Assembly: GCA_902493795.1 (NCBI GenBank)
Contig: CABUQZ010000007.1
Span: 4,401 to 68,400, forward strand
Direction: 5' to 3'
DNA length: 64,000 nucleotides
DNA from: an uncultured Clostridium sp.
GTDB lineage: Bacteria; Bacillota_I; Bacilli_A; RF39; UBA660
Position 1 is the stretch's first letter. Each line of letters begins with the position of its first letter. This document shows positions 28,114 through 37,435 of the stretch, piece after piece. Made by a program: the position numbers and the translations under genes. The notes under the pieces are model-generated. The model was given only the letters and a program-made list of their open reading frames with translations, searched no databases and was not told the origin of the DNA.

Positions 28114-29130
28114 ATGGCAAATATAGATAAGGACAAGGCTTTAGAACAAGTATTGAGTGAAATAGAAAAACAATTCGGAAAAGGTTCTATAATGCGTCTT
28201 GGTGAAAGTAAGCACATGGAAGTAGATACTTGCTCAAGTGGATCTTTATCACTTGATATAGCATTAGGTGTTGGAGGATATCCAAAAGGAAGAATTATAG
28301 AAATATATGGACCAGAATCAAGTGGTAAAACTACTTTTGCATTGCATGCTATTGCTGAAGTTCAAAAAACTGGAGGAAGAGCAGCATTTATTGATGCAGA
28401 ACACGCTCTTGACCCTTCTTATGCTAAAAATTTAGGTGTTAATATAAATGAATTATTGCTTTCTCAACCTGATACTGGAGAACAGGCATTAGAAATATGT
28501 GAAGCATTAGTAAAAAGTGAAGCAGTTAGTATAATAGTTATAGACTCAGTTGCAGCTTTAGTACCACAAGCAGAAATAGATGGAGAAATGGGAGATGCTC
28601 ATGTAGGACTTCAAGCAAGATTAATGAGCCAAGCTCTAAGAAAACTATCAGGTGCTATAAGTAAAACAAAGACAATATGTATTTTTATAAATCAATTAAG
28701 AGAAAAAGTAGGGGTAATGTTTGGAAACCCAGAAACAACTCCAGGTGGACGTGCCCTAAAGTTTTATTCAACAATAAGACTTGAAGTAAGAAGAAGTGAA
28801 CAAATTAAAGTTGGTGATTCTATTACAGGAAGCAAAACTAATATTAAAGTAGTAAAAAACAAAGTAGCACCACCATTTAAAACAGCAGTAGTAGATATAA
28901 TGTATGGAGAAGGTGTATCTAAAGAAGGAGAACTAATAGAACTTGCTGCAAATGCAGGAATAATCGAAAAGAGTGGTGCTTGGTTTTCTTATAATGGTGA
29001 AAAAATAGGTCAAGGAAAAGAAAATGTTAAACTTCTTTTGAAAGAAAACAAAGATCTATGTAAAGAACTTGAAGAAAAGACAAGAGATTACTATGGAATA
29101 GGTAATACTAAAAAGACTAAAGAAAAATAA
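28114..29130 (+). CDS. recA: recombinase RecA
   Basis: GPESSGKTT Walker A plus [20 protein letters not shown] and FINQLREK blocks. 338 aa. Confidence 0.98.
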   Translation: MANIDKDKALEQVLSEIEKQFGKGSIMRLGESKHMEVDTCSSGSLSLDIALGVGGYPKGRIIEIYGPESSGKTTFALHAIAEVQKTGGRAAFIDAEHALDPSYAKNLGVNINELLLSQPDTGEQALEICEALVKSEAVSIIVIDSVAALVPQAEIDGEMGDAHVGLQARLMSQALRKLSGAISKTKTICIFINQLREKVGVMFGNPETTPGGRALKFYSTIRLEVRRSEQIKVGDSITGSKTNIKVVKNKVAPPFKTAVVDIMYGEGVSKEGELIELAANAGIIEKSGAWFSYNGEKIGQGKENVKLLLKENKDLCKELEEKTRDYYGIGNTKKTKEK

Positions 29131-29135
29131 TATAT

Positions 29136-29166
29136 AAGATATAGCGAAAGTTATATCTTTTTGTTT
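29136..29166 (+). terminator. Rho-independent terminator
   Basis: AAGATATA-GCGAAAGT-TATATCTT followed by TTTTGTTTT. Confidence 0.7.
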
Positions 29167-29309
29167 TATAAAAATATTTATATATAAGAAAATTACTAAG
29201 TAATAATTTAGGTAAAATAAATAGCTGTAACTATTAAGAAAAAACAAACTGATGGTATCAAAAACGATAAAAAAAACTTAATTTTTAATCTTTAGTTTTA
29301 TAAAAAAAA

Positions 29310-29338
29310 TTGACATTGTTTATTAAAGCACCTAAAAT
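29310..29338 (+). promoter_or_regulatory. rny promoter
   Basis: TTGACA, 17-nt spacer, TAAAAT. Confidence 0.5.
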
Positions 29339-29407
29339 AGAATTAGTGATATTAATTATATTTATATAATAAATTTAATAATGTGACTAAGAAAATGGAG
29401 GAAGAAT

Positions 29408-30958
29408 ATGGAAATTATTTACTCTATTTTGCTAGTTGTGGTTGGAATATCAGTTGGTTTTATAATTACTCATTTAGTTAACAATTCAAAAATTAATAAT
29501 TCTAACAAAAAAGCTGAAGAAATTATAGAAAAAGCAAAAAAAGAAGCTGAAAAAGCTAAAAGAGACTCATTATTTGAAGCAAAAGAAGAAATTCATAAAC
29601 TAAAATTAGAAAACGAAAAAGAAGCAAAAGAGAAAAAAGAAGAGTTAAAAGTATCTGAAGATAGACTTATCCAAAGAGAAAATAATATGGATAAACGTGA
29701 TGAGTTATTTCAAAAAAGAGAATTAGCTCTTGATGAAAAAGAAAAAAGTATCATAGAGTCTCAAAAAGATATCCAAGCTGAATATGCAAAAATAGAAGAA
29801 CTAAAACAACAAGAATTAGAGCAATTAACAAAAATAGCTAAGTTACCAAAAGAAGAAGCAAAAAAATTGGTAATGAAAAAAATTGAAGAAAGCATGTCAA
29901 AAGAAATATCTGAGTATATTAAAGAAAGAGAAGATGAAGCTAAACTTGAAGCTGATAAAAAGGCCAAAAATTTAATAGCTATTTCTATGCAAAGATATGC
30001 TGCAGATATTGCAAATGAACAAACTGTAACAGTCGTTAATCTTCCAGATGATGAAATGAAAGGAAGAATAATAGGAAGAGAAGGAAGAAACATAAGAACT
30101 ATTGAAGCAATAACTGGTGTAGACTTAATTATTGATGATACACCTGAAGCTGTAGTACTATCAAGTTTCGACCCACTAAGAAGAGAAATTGCAAGAGTAA
30201 CTCTTGAAACTTTAATAAAAGATGGAAGAATACATCCAACTAGAATAGAAGAATTATACGATAAAGTATGCAAAGAAATGAAACAAAAAATCATTGAATA
30301 TGGAAATGATGCTTTGTTTGAATTAGGACTTACAAAAGTTGATCCTGAATTAATTGAAATAATAGGAAAATTACATTTTAGAACAAGTTATGGACAAAAT
30401 GCTTTACAGCATTCAATTGAAGTAGCACATTTATCTGGATTACTTGCTAGTGAATTTGGAGAAAATGTTCAACTTGCTAAAAGAGCAGGTCTATTACACG
30501 ATATAGGAAAAGCAATTGATCATGAAATTGAAGGAAGCCATGTAGAAATAGGAATTGATATTGCTAAAAGATATCATGAAAATGATGTAATTATTAATTC
30601 AATTGCATCTCATCATGGAGATACAGAAGCAAAATCAACAATAGCAGTTATTGTAGCAATAGCTGATGCCTTATCTGCATCTCGTCCAGGAGCAAGAAAT
30701 GATTCATTAGAAAATTATATTAAAAGACTTGAACAACTTGAAAATGTTGCCAATGATTTACCTGGAATAGATAAGACATTCGCAGTTCAAGCTGGAAGAG
30801 AATTAAGAGTTATTGTTAAACCTGAAGAGGTTGACGATTTAGGTGCTCATAAGATTGCAAGAGATGTAAAAGATAAGATTGAATCTACAATGCAATACCC
30901 AGGAACAATAAAAGTAACAGTAGTTCGTGAGACAAGAGCACAAGAAGAAGCAAAATAG
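29408..30958 (+). CDS. rny: ribonuclease Y
   Basis: N-terminal TM, K/E coiled coil, KH ([12 protein letters not shown]) and HD (LLHDIGKA). 516 aa. Confidence 0.95.
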   Translation: MEIIYSILLVVVGISVGFIITHLVNNSKINNSNKKAEEIIEKAKKEAEKAKRDSLFEAKEEIHKLKLENEKEAKEKKEELKVSEDRLIQRENNMDKRDELFQKRELALDEKEKSIIESQKDIQAEYAKIEELKQQELEQLTKIAKLPKEEAKKLVMKKIEESMSKEISEYIKEREDEAKLEADKKAKNLIAISMQRYAADIANEQTVTVVNLPDDEMKGRIIGREGRNIRTIEAITGVDLIIDDTPEAVVLSSFDPLRREIARVTLETLIKDGRIHPTRIEELYDKVCKEMKQKIIEYGNDALFELGLTKVDPELIEIIGKLHFRTSYGQNALQHSIEVAHLSGLLASEFGENVQLAKRAGLLHDIGKAIDHEIEGSHVEIGIDIAKRYHENDVIINSIASHHGDTEAKSTIAVIVAIADALSASRPGARNDSLENYIKRLEQLENVANDLPGIDKTFAVQAGRELRVIVKPEEVDDLGAHKIARDVKDKIESTMQYPGTIKVTVVRETRAQEEAK

Positions 30959-30986
30959 TAAATAAAGAATAATTAGAGGTGGAAGT

Positions 30987-31601
30987 ATGAAAAAAATTAG
31001 AAATTTGTTATTAATTATATTATTTATTTGTCCGTTTATTGTAAAAGCTGATGAGATTGATTTAGATTATTCGTACGATAGATTTGCCAAATTAGGAGGA
31101 GAGGCTCAATATTCTTTCTCAGTAGGAACAGGTGAATATGAATATTATATAGAGTATGATCCACAATATCTCAAGTTTGAAAAATACGAAGGTTTTTCTT
31201 ATTCTCATATATGTGGCGGTAGACAAGATAATATAACAGCAAAAGACAATAATGGAAAGATAACAATAAAGGGAGAAGAAGATGGTTGTAATTCTGGAAT
31301 AACATTATTCTTTACACCATTAAAAGAAGGAACAACTAAATTGGAAGTTTCAGAAGGAAATATAAAATTTTCTGGAAAGCGAATTGATATATCTACTGAG
31401 ATAATTGATGGAAACAAAAAGTGTGAAACATGTCCAGACGTAAAAGAATGTGAGAAATGTACAGCTGTAAACGAAAGTTCAAATAGTTCTAGTAATAACA
31501 TAGTTTTGTATGTTGTATTAGGAGTGCTAGTTATACTAAACATTGTTACGTTAATCTTTACTTTAAAATCAAATAAATTAAACAAAAAGAGCACTGAATA
31601 A
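30987..31601 (+). CDS. secreted protein with a C-terminal TM anchor, possibly containing a cohesin-like module
   Basis: Signal peptide, YSFSVGTGEYEYYIEYDPQYLKFEKYEG..ITLFFTPLKEGTTKLEV, a Cys cluster (CETCPDVKECEKC) and a C-terminal TM. No terminator separates it from rny. Confidence 0.4.
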   Translation: MKKIRNLLLIILFICPFIVKADEIDLDYSYDRFAKLGGEAQYSFSVGTGEYEYYIEYDPQYLKFEKYEGFSYSHICGGRQDNITAKDNNGKITIKGEEDGCNSGITLFFTPLKEGTTKLEVSEGNIKFSGKRIDISTEIIDGNKKCETCPDVKECEKCTAVNESSNSSSNNIVLYVVLGVLVILNIVTLIFTLKSNKLNKKSTE

Positions 31602-31615
31602 TTAGTGCTTTTTTA
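31587..31615 (+). terminator. Rho-independent terminator
   Basis: AGCACT-GAATAATT-AGTGCT followed by T6, overlapping the stop codon. Confidence 0.65.
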
Positions 31616-31620
31616 GTTTT

Positions 31621-31660
31621 AAAAAAGGAAGTCATTTTAGGCTTCCTTAATTTTTTTTTA
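31621..31660 (-). terminator. Terminator for rnj
   Basis: GGAAG-(10 nt)-CTTCC hairpin flanked by A/T runs. On the minus strand it is followed by T6. Confidence 0.55.
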
Positions 31661-31661
31661 A

Positions 31662-33335
31662 CTACTTTTTAATATCCAAGATTACTGGTAAAATTATTGG
31701 TTTTCTTCCCGTTAGTTCATAAATAAATGGGAATAAATCAGCAGTAATTTGGCTTTTTATATCGTTAAAGTTAACATTTCCTTCTTTTAATTTATTTACA
31801 ATTATTTTTTCTGCTTCACTTTCAATTTGTTTTAGTAAAGCTTCGTTTTCATTTACAAGAACGAACCCTCTTGTTGTAATATTTGGGTGTATTAATAATG
31901 CTCTGTTTTTCATATCGATGTTTGCAATAACAACAAGTATTCCATCGCTTGCCATAATCTTTCTATCTCTTAAAACTGCACTATTAATTTCTTCTAATCT
32001 GTTGCTATCTATAAAGACATCGCTAGCAATAACAGGAACATCTTTTGTTATTACATGATTATCTAAACTTAACACATCACCATTTTGAAGTACAAATGTA
32101 TTTTCTTTTGGAATATCACAATCAATAGCAAGATTTGCATGATTCTTAAGCATTCTATAATCTCCATGGAAAGGCATAAAGTACTTTGGCTTAATAAGTC
32201 TTATCATCAACTTTAATTCTTCCATATTAGCATGTCCTGATGAGTGAATATCTGATAAAGATTGAGTAGTGTATACTTTAACACCTTGAAGGTATAACTT
32301 GTTAATAGTATGCCCTATAGACATAGCATTACCAGGAATAGGAGATGAAGAAAATACAACAACATCATCAGGTCTTAACTTAATTTGCTTATGTGTTCCA
32401 TTTGCAATACGAGAAAGTGCTGCAAGTGGTTCTCCTTGAGATCCTGTACAAAGTATAGTAACTTCTCCAGGTTTTAAGTTGTTGGCTTCATCAGCATTGA
32501 TTAAAATATCAGGGTGATCAATATAACCACCTTCTATAGATATTTTTATATTGTTTTCCATACTTCTTCCAAATACACATAATTTTCTACCATGATTGTA
32601 ACAAGTTTCAACAATATGTTTTAATCTATAAATATTAGATGCAAATGTTGCAATAATCATTCTTTGAGTAGTATGTCTATCAAAAATATCATTTAAGGCA
32701 TTATCAACTTTCGCCTCACTCATACTTATTCCTTCGTTTAAAGCGTTTGTTGAATCGCTTATTAAAAGGTCGACTCCATTTTCTCCAATTCTTGCCATCT
32801 TGTGTAAGTCTGCCATTGGTCCAATAGGAGTAAAGTCAAACTTAAAGTCTCCTGTTGTTACAATATTTCCATCTGGTGTTTTAACAAGTATTCCATGAGA
32901 ATCTGGAATAGAGTGGGTAGTTCTAAAGAATTCAACCTGAATATGATTAAACTTAACAACTGTAGTATCATCATATGCAAATAAATTATCGTATCTTATA
33001 TTTTTATCTTGTAATTTTAAACTAATTAATTCTTTGGCTTGTTTCGGTGCATAAATAGCTGGTAAATCAATTGATTGAACCAAAAATGGTATAGCACCTA
33101 TGTGGTCTTCATGACCATGTGTAATAAATAGTGCTTTAACTTTATCTTGATTATTTTTTAAAAAAGTAAAATCAGGTAAAACATAATCTATACCTAATAA
33201 CCCAGCATCTGGGAAACTAATACCAGCGTCAATAATAATAATCTCGTCACCATGCATTACACAATACATGTTTTTTCCGACTTCTCCCAAACCACCTAAA
33301 ATAATTATTTTAGTATCGTTTGTTTTTTTGATCAT
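31662..33335 (-). CDS. rnj: ribonuclease J
   Basis: Metallo-beta-lactamase HGHEDHIG, beta-CASP architecture and a C-terminal domain. 557 aa. Confidence 0.9.
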   Translation of the reverse strand: MIKKTNDTKIIILGGLGEVGKNMYCVMHGDEIIIIDAGISFPDAGLLGIDYVLPDFTFLKNNQDKVKALFITHGHEDHIGAIPFLVQSIDLPAIYAPKQAKELISLKLQDKNIRYDNLFAYDDTTVVKFNHIQVEFFRTTHSIPDSHGILVKTPDGNIVTTGDFKFDFTPIGPMADLHKMARIGENGVDLLISDSTNALNEGISMSEAKVDNALNDIFDRHTTQRMIIATFASNIYRLKHIVETCYNHGRKLCVFGRSMENNIKISIEGGYIDHPDILINADEANNLKPGEVTILCTGSQGEPLAALSRIANGTHKQIKLRPDDVVVFSSSPIPGNAMSIGHTINKLYLQGVKVYTTQSLSDIHSSGHANMEELKLMIRLIKPKYFMPFHGDYRMLKNHANLAIDCDIPKENTFVLQNGDVLSLDNHVITKDVPVIASDVFIDSNRLEEINSAVLRDRKIMASDGILVVIANIDMKNRALLIHPNITTRGFVLVNENEALLKQIESEAEKIIVNKLKEGNVNFNDIKSQITADLFPFIYELTGRKPIILPVILDIKK

Positions 33336-33422
33336 AAAATTTTATAAACTCCTTTCATAATATTAAAGAACTAACTAACAAATTATACTATGAAAAGTAA
33401 TGTTTGTCTACATTTTTCACGC

Positions 33423-33463
33423 AAAAAAAAGATAGAGTAGTTTACTATGTAAACCATCTATCT
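33423..33463 (-). terminator. Rho-independent terminator of the surface operon
   Basis: Minus strand: AGATAGATGGTTTAC-ATAG-TAAACTACTCTATCT followed by T8. Confidence 0.75.
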
Positions 33464-33470
33464 AATAATG

Positions 33471-35798
33471 TTATGGATTTAAACTAGGTTCATTTCTATC
33501 TTGTGAAGGTGCTTGAATTTCTGTTGATTCTTCGTTGCCACTAGAACCACTAGAACCACCAGAACCTTCCTCTGTGCTACCACTAGATTCACCAGTATTA
33601 CCAGTATTTCCACTAGGATTATCTCCAGAGCTACTACCTGTATTACCACTAGACTCACCAGTGTTTCCACCGGTATTACCAGCTTCTTCTCCGCCACCTT
33701 CAGAAGAATTTTTTTCTTTAGCAATTGTAAATGACATCGATAAGCTCTTATCAAGCATTTCTTTTACTGTAGTTCCTTGAGGAACTGTCTGTTCCATAAT
33801 AGTTCCTTCTTTTTCTGTTGAGCTTTCTACATAAGTGGATTTACCAGTACTTATCATATTAGAAAATCCATTTGCCCAAGCAAGATACTCATCATAAGTT
33901 TTACCAACAAAATTAGGAACAATGCAAGCCTTGTTTAATTCTTCTTTAGTACAATCTACTTTAGTAGGGGCACTAGCTTCATTTTTAACAACTTTTAAAG
34001 TTATTGTCCTGTCAGCTATTAAATCGATTCTTTTGCTTTCTGGATAGTTTTGACTAATAATAGTACCATTTGATTTGCTTTTGTCTACAACATATTCTGG
34101 ATTTAATTTAACTCCATTTTGATTTGCCCAAATTTGAGCTTCAGAATACTTCATACCAACTAAATCTTTAACAAGTTTATATTTAACAGTACCATAATAT
34201 CCTTTTCCTATTACAGATGTTTCATAATTTTCTCCTAATTTATATGAGAAAGATTTAATTAGTTGAGGCTCAACTCCACTTAAATTATCTTTCATAGCTT
34301 TTTTAACAGCATTAAGACTCTTTGTATTTAAAATATAATCCCAAAGAACTAATCCACTTCTTTCATCATAAATCATTTGACCAGTTCCATCTAAATATAG
34401 TTTTTGAATAGATAAAACTTTATCACTTGAAGAAGATATTAATACATCTTTCGCTATATTGTAGAAAGATAAAATTGTATCTTCACTCATATTAGTATCA
34501 AAGTTTTTAGATATAACATCTAATAATTTCTCTAAATCATCAATAGAGGAGAAGTTTTTCATTTTATCAAGTATAGCTTGAATAACTTCTTGTTGATGTT
34601 CAGATCTTACAAAGTCACTTCTTTCTCCATAAGTCCATCTTTTTGCACAGTATTGTGAATTACTTTTTCTATTTCTTGCAAATGCTAAAGCTTTTTCACC
34701 ATCTAATCTTTGTCTTCCTTTTGTAATGTATATTGTGTGCTCATCAAATCTTCTATGACTATCTTGTTCACACATATCATAAGGAACATCTACTACTATT
34801 CCATCAAGAGCATTAACTAAATCAACAACTCCTGTGAAGTTTATCTTCATATAATAGTCAATTTTAATATCTAAAAAGTTTTGAATAGTGTTTATAACAC
34901 ATTTAGTTCCATTAGCTGCAGAGTGAGTTATTTTATTATCTACATTTTTCATACAAGAAATAGGTACATAACTATCTCTTGGAATACTTAACATAGTAGC
35001 ACTCATTGTAGAAGGATTAAATGTTACAACAATTAATGAATCTCCATTAAATGAATCAGCATGTTGTAATCCACTAACAGTTGAATCAATACCAATTAAT
35101 AAAACAGTAAATGGTTCTGATACATCTTTAGAACTACCACTTAAATGAACTTCTTCTTTAGTAACTTCCTTTTTCGTTGTATCTACAATTACAAGTTTAC
35201 TACCAATATCTTCAAATTCTTCTCTTGTGCTATAGACATCAACGAAATTAGTTGGTAAGAAAGCGTAATCAATTTCCTTGTTATAAAGATCAAGAATCAT
35301 CTTTGAATCACTTTCGTAATCTACCATTTTATTATTTTTATCTAAAGAATACTTTTTAATAATATCTTCAGATAGATTTTCTATATCTCCATCAGCACTT
35401 ATTCCAATTTTTTTATCTTTCAATGTTGATAGATTAACATCTTTATTTTCTTTTAAGGATACCAAACTAGTAGAGTAGACTACTTTTTTGTTTAAACCTG
35501 AAAAATAAGAATATATTTTATTTAGATTGTAACCTAGAAATATAAATAAAATTGAGAATACAATCAACACACCTGAATAAGCATACCTTTTTTTCTTTTT
35601 CTTCTTCTTATTGTTTGTACTTAAAAACATTTTAGCAAGAATCAAAATATCGATTAATACTATAACACCAATTATTATATATCTTATAAGTGTTTCAATC
35701 TTATTAAACAATAATATAGACTGAATTAGATATATAGATGTAATGATAAATATCACTGCAAATATACTACTGTAATGTATTTTTACTTTTTTCTTCAT
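33471..35798 (-). CDS. LytR-CpsA-Psr (LCP) family phosphotransferase with PASTA-like modules and a Gly/Ser/Asn/Thr-rich tail
   Basis: N-terminal TM helices. LCP core (FTVLLIGIDS, DSLIVVTFNP, SIPRDSYVP). PASTA-like modules VKDLVGMKYSEAQIWANQNGVKLN and VPNFVGKTYDEYLAWANG. 775 aa. Confidence 0.75.
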   Translation of the reverse strand: MKKKVKIHYSSIFAVIFIITSIYLIQSILLFNKIETLIRYIIIGVIVLIDILILAKMFLSTNNKKKKKKKRYAYSGVLIVFSILFIFLGYNLNKIYSYFSGLNKKVVYSTSLVSLKENKDVNLSTLKDKKIGISADGDIENLSEDIIKKYSLDKNNKMVDYESDSKMILDLYNKEIDYAFLPTNFVDVYSTREEFEDIGSKLVIVDTTKKEVTKEEVHLSGSSKDVSEPFTVLLIGIDSTVSGLQHADSFNGDSLIVVTFNPSTMSATMLSIPRDSYVPISCMKNVDNKITHSAANGTKCVINTIQNFLDIKIDYYMKINFTGVVDLVNALDGIVVDVPYDMCEQDSHRRFDEHTIYITKGRQRLDGEKALAFARNRKSNSQYCAKRWTYGERSDFVRSEHQQEVIQAILDKMKNFSSIDDLEKLLDVISKNFDTNMSEDTILSFYNIAKDVLISSSSDKVLSIQKLYLDGTGQMIYDERSGLVLWDYILNTKSLNAVKKAMKDNLSGVEPQLIKSFSYKLGENYETSVIGKGYYGTVKYKLVKDLVGMKYSEAQIWANQNGVKLNPEYVVDKSKSNGTIISQNYPESKRIDLIADRTITLKVVKNEASAPTKVDCTKEELNKACIVPNFVGKTYDEYLAWANGFSNMISTGKSTYVESSTEKEGTIMEQTVPQGTTVKEMLDKSLSMSFTIAKEKNSSEGGGEEAGNTGGNTGESSGNTGSSSGDNPSGNTGNTGESSGSTEEGSGGSSGSSGNEESTEIQAPSQDRNEPSLNP

Positions 35799-35822
35799 AT
35801 GTCCTCCATCAAAAAAAGAAGA

Positions 35823-37424
35823 TTATTTGTTTTTTCTTTTTTGAATTTTCGAAATATCTCTTTTGATTTTACCATCTTTTTTCTTTTTTTTATCACTTTC
35901 TTTATTATTTATTTCATTTTCTTCGATATTTAAATCATTTTCGATATTTTCTTTTTCATCTAGTAGTTCTATTTTTTCATTATTTTCTTCATCTTCTTTT
36001 TCACTTTCAACTAAATCTTCATTTTCTTCTTCTTTTAGTTTACCACTTAAATCGTCAAGATCTTTAGTTTCTTCTACATCGTATATTTTATTTTTTTTAG
36101 CTAATTCTTCATCACATCTATTTGGAAATGCGATACATTTATTTTTCTTTCTTTTTTTATTTCTAATTGTTGATACTAATAAAACCAAATAAGTAATTAT
36201 TAATAGCCCTCCAAGACCAATTATAACGTAAAGAGATTTATTGTTTTTTATATTTAATTCATTAATCTTATCGATTGGTTTGGTATTAAATCTCTGTATA
36301 GTTCTTTCTTTCTCATCATATTGATATAAATGTTCTTCACCAGTTGATATATTAACTGCATTTATAAGGTAAAACCCATCATTTATTCCTTGTGCTTTAT
36401 AAGCAGTTACTTCTTCTTCATCAATTTTTATTTTAGTTTCTTGATATCCTGTTGGAATATCATTTGTATTAGTTATTGTTACTATAAGTGAATCAAAGTT
36501 AAAGTCTTTATATGGTGAATAATTACCATTATCATATGAATAAAGAGCGATATTTCCAGATGCATCTTTTAAACCAACGAGTGTAGTGTTTGTTTTTTCA
36601 TTAACAAATGCAGGAACATCTTCTTGATCTATTTTTATTGTTGATTCTACAAAGTTGCTGTTTGGATTTTTTATTAATTCTTTTTTTCTTACAACATTGA
36701 ATGTTTGTCCCTCTTTTTCTACAACGATAGGTTTTAATTCTTTTACTGTTACATTTAATGTATAAGTTTTAGAACTTCCATTTTGAGCAGTTACTTTAAT
36801 GTTTATTTTGTTAACTCCTTCAACTAAAGAGTGCTTTCCAAGGCCTGACACAGAAGATTTAGAATCTTCAACTGCTCCAGTAACATTGATTGATCTAATA
36901 TTATTTTCAAGTTCTAATGAATAGTTAACAGTATTTTTATTAAAAGCAGGGGATATCTTATATCCATCAACTCCCAATTTGGATAAGTTATTATTTTTAC
37001 TATAAGATCCTTCAAGTTGAGCTTGCGTTATTATATTTAATGTTTTAGTTTTATTAGAAAAACTTAATGGTTTTAGATTTGTATCATATGCTTCATTTAC
37101 CTTAAAGGTTATGTTTGCATTTCCTTTAGCTTTGGCTCTAAATTTAAAAGTCAAAGTATATGAAGTCTTTCCATAATAATTATCTGTAATATCATTAAGA
37201 GTTCCACTTACATGGGTAAGTTTACTAGAATCGTATGTTACCGAGTAATTAACTGCCCCAATTGGTGTAGAACTAGATAACTTAACAGAAAATGTAACTG
37301 TATTTCCTACAACTGCTTGGCTAGTACTTAAATATGCCGTAACGTTAAGCGTTGCTGCATAACAGATAATGCTTCCTGTAAAAAACATTACAAGTGATAA
37401 TATTAATAGTTTAATTTTTTTCAT
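35823..37424 (-). CDS. membrane-anchored cohesin-domain protein with a cadherin-like beta-sandwich module and a K/E-rich cytoplasmic tail
   Basis: Signal peptide. Cohesin-like LNVTAYLSTSQAVVGNTVTFSVKLSSSTPIGAVNYSVTYDSSKLTHVSG..GNANITFKV. Cadherin-like NNLSKLGVDGYKISPAFNKNTVNYSL..KTYTLNVTV. C-terminal TM followed by a charged tail. Confidence 0.6.
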   Translation of the reverse strand: MKKIKLLILSLVMFFTGSIICYAATLNVTAYLSTSQAVVGNTVTFSVKLSSSTPIGAVNYSVTYDSSKLTHVSGTLNDITDNYYGKTSYTLTFKFRAKAKGNANITFKVNEAYDTNLKPLSFSNKTKTLNIITQAQLEGSYSKNNNLSKLGVDGYKISPAFNKNTVNYSLELENNIRSINVTGAVEDSKSSVSGLGKHSLVEGVNKINIKVTAQNGSSKTYTLNVTVKELKPIVVEKEGQTFNVVRKKELIKNPNSNFVESTIKIDQEDVPAFVNEKTNTTLVGLKDASGNIALYSYDNGNYSPYKDFNFDSLIVTITNTNDIPTGYQETKIKIDEEEVTAYKAQGINDGFYLINAVNISTGEEHLYQYDEKERTIQRFNTKPIDKINELNIKNNKSLYVIIGLGGLLIITYLVLLVSTIRNKKRKKNKCIAFPNRCDEELAKKNKIYDVEETKDLDDLSGKLKEEENEDLVESEKEDEENNEKIELLDEKENIENDLNIEENEINNKESDKKKKKDGKIKRDISKIQKRKNK

Positions 37425-37435
37425 TTGTTAACCTC

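Noticed and set aside
29761-30294. 177-aa minus-strand ORF inside rny
   Set aside because: It is a shadow of the K/E-rich coiled-coil region of RNase Y, and it has no translation signals.
33479-33780. ORFs 33479..33754(-) and 33535..33780(+)
   Set aside because: They are frame artefacts of the Gly/Ser/Asn/Thr-rich repeat at the 3' end of the LCP gene.
35863-36192. 109-aa + strand ORF (F/S/L-rich)
   Set aside because: It is the complement of the K/E-rich tail of the cohesin-anchor gene.
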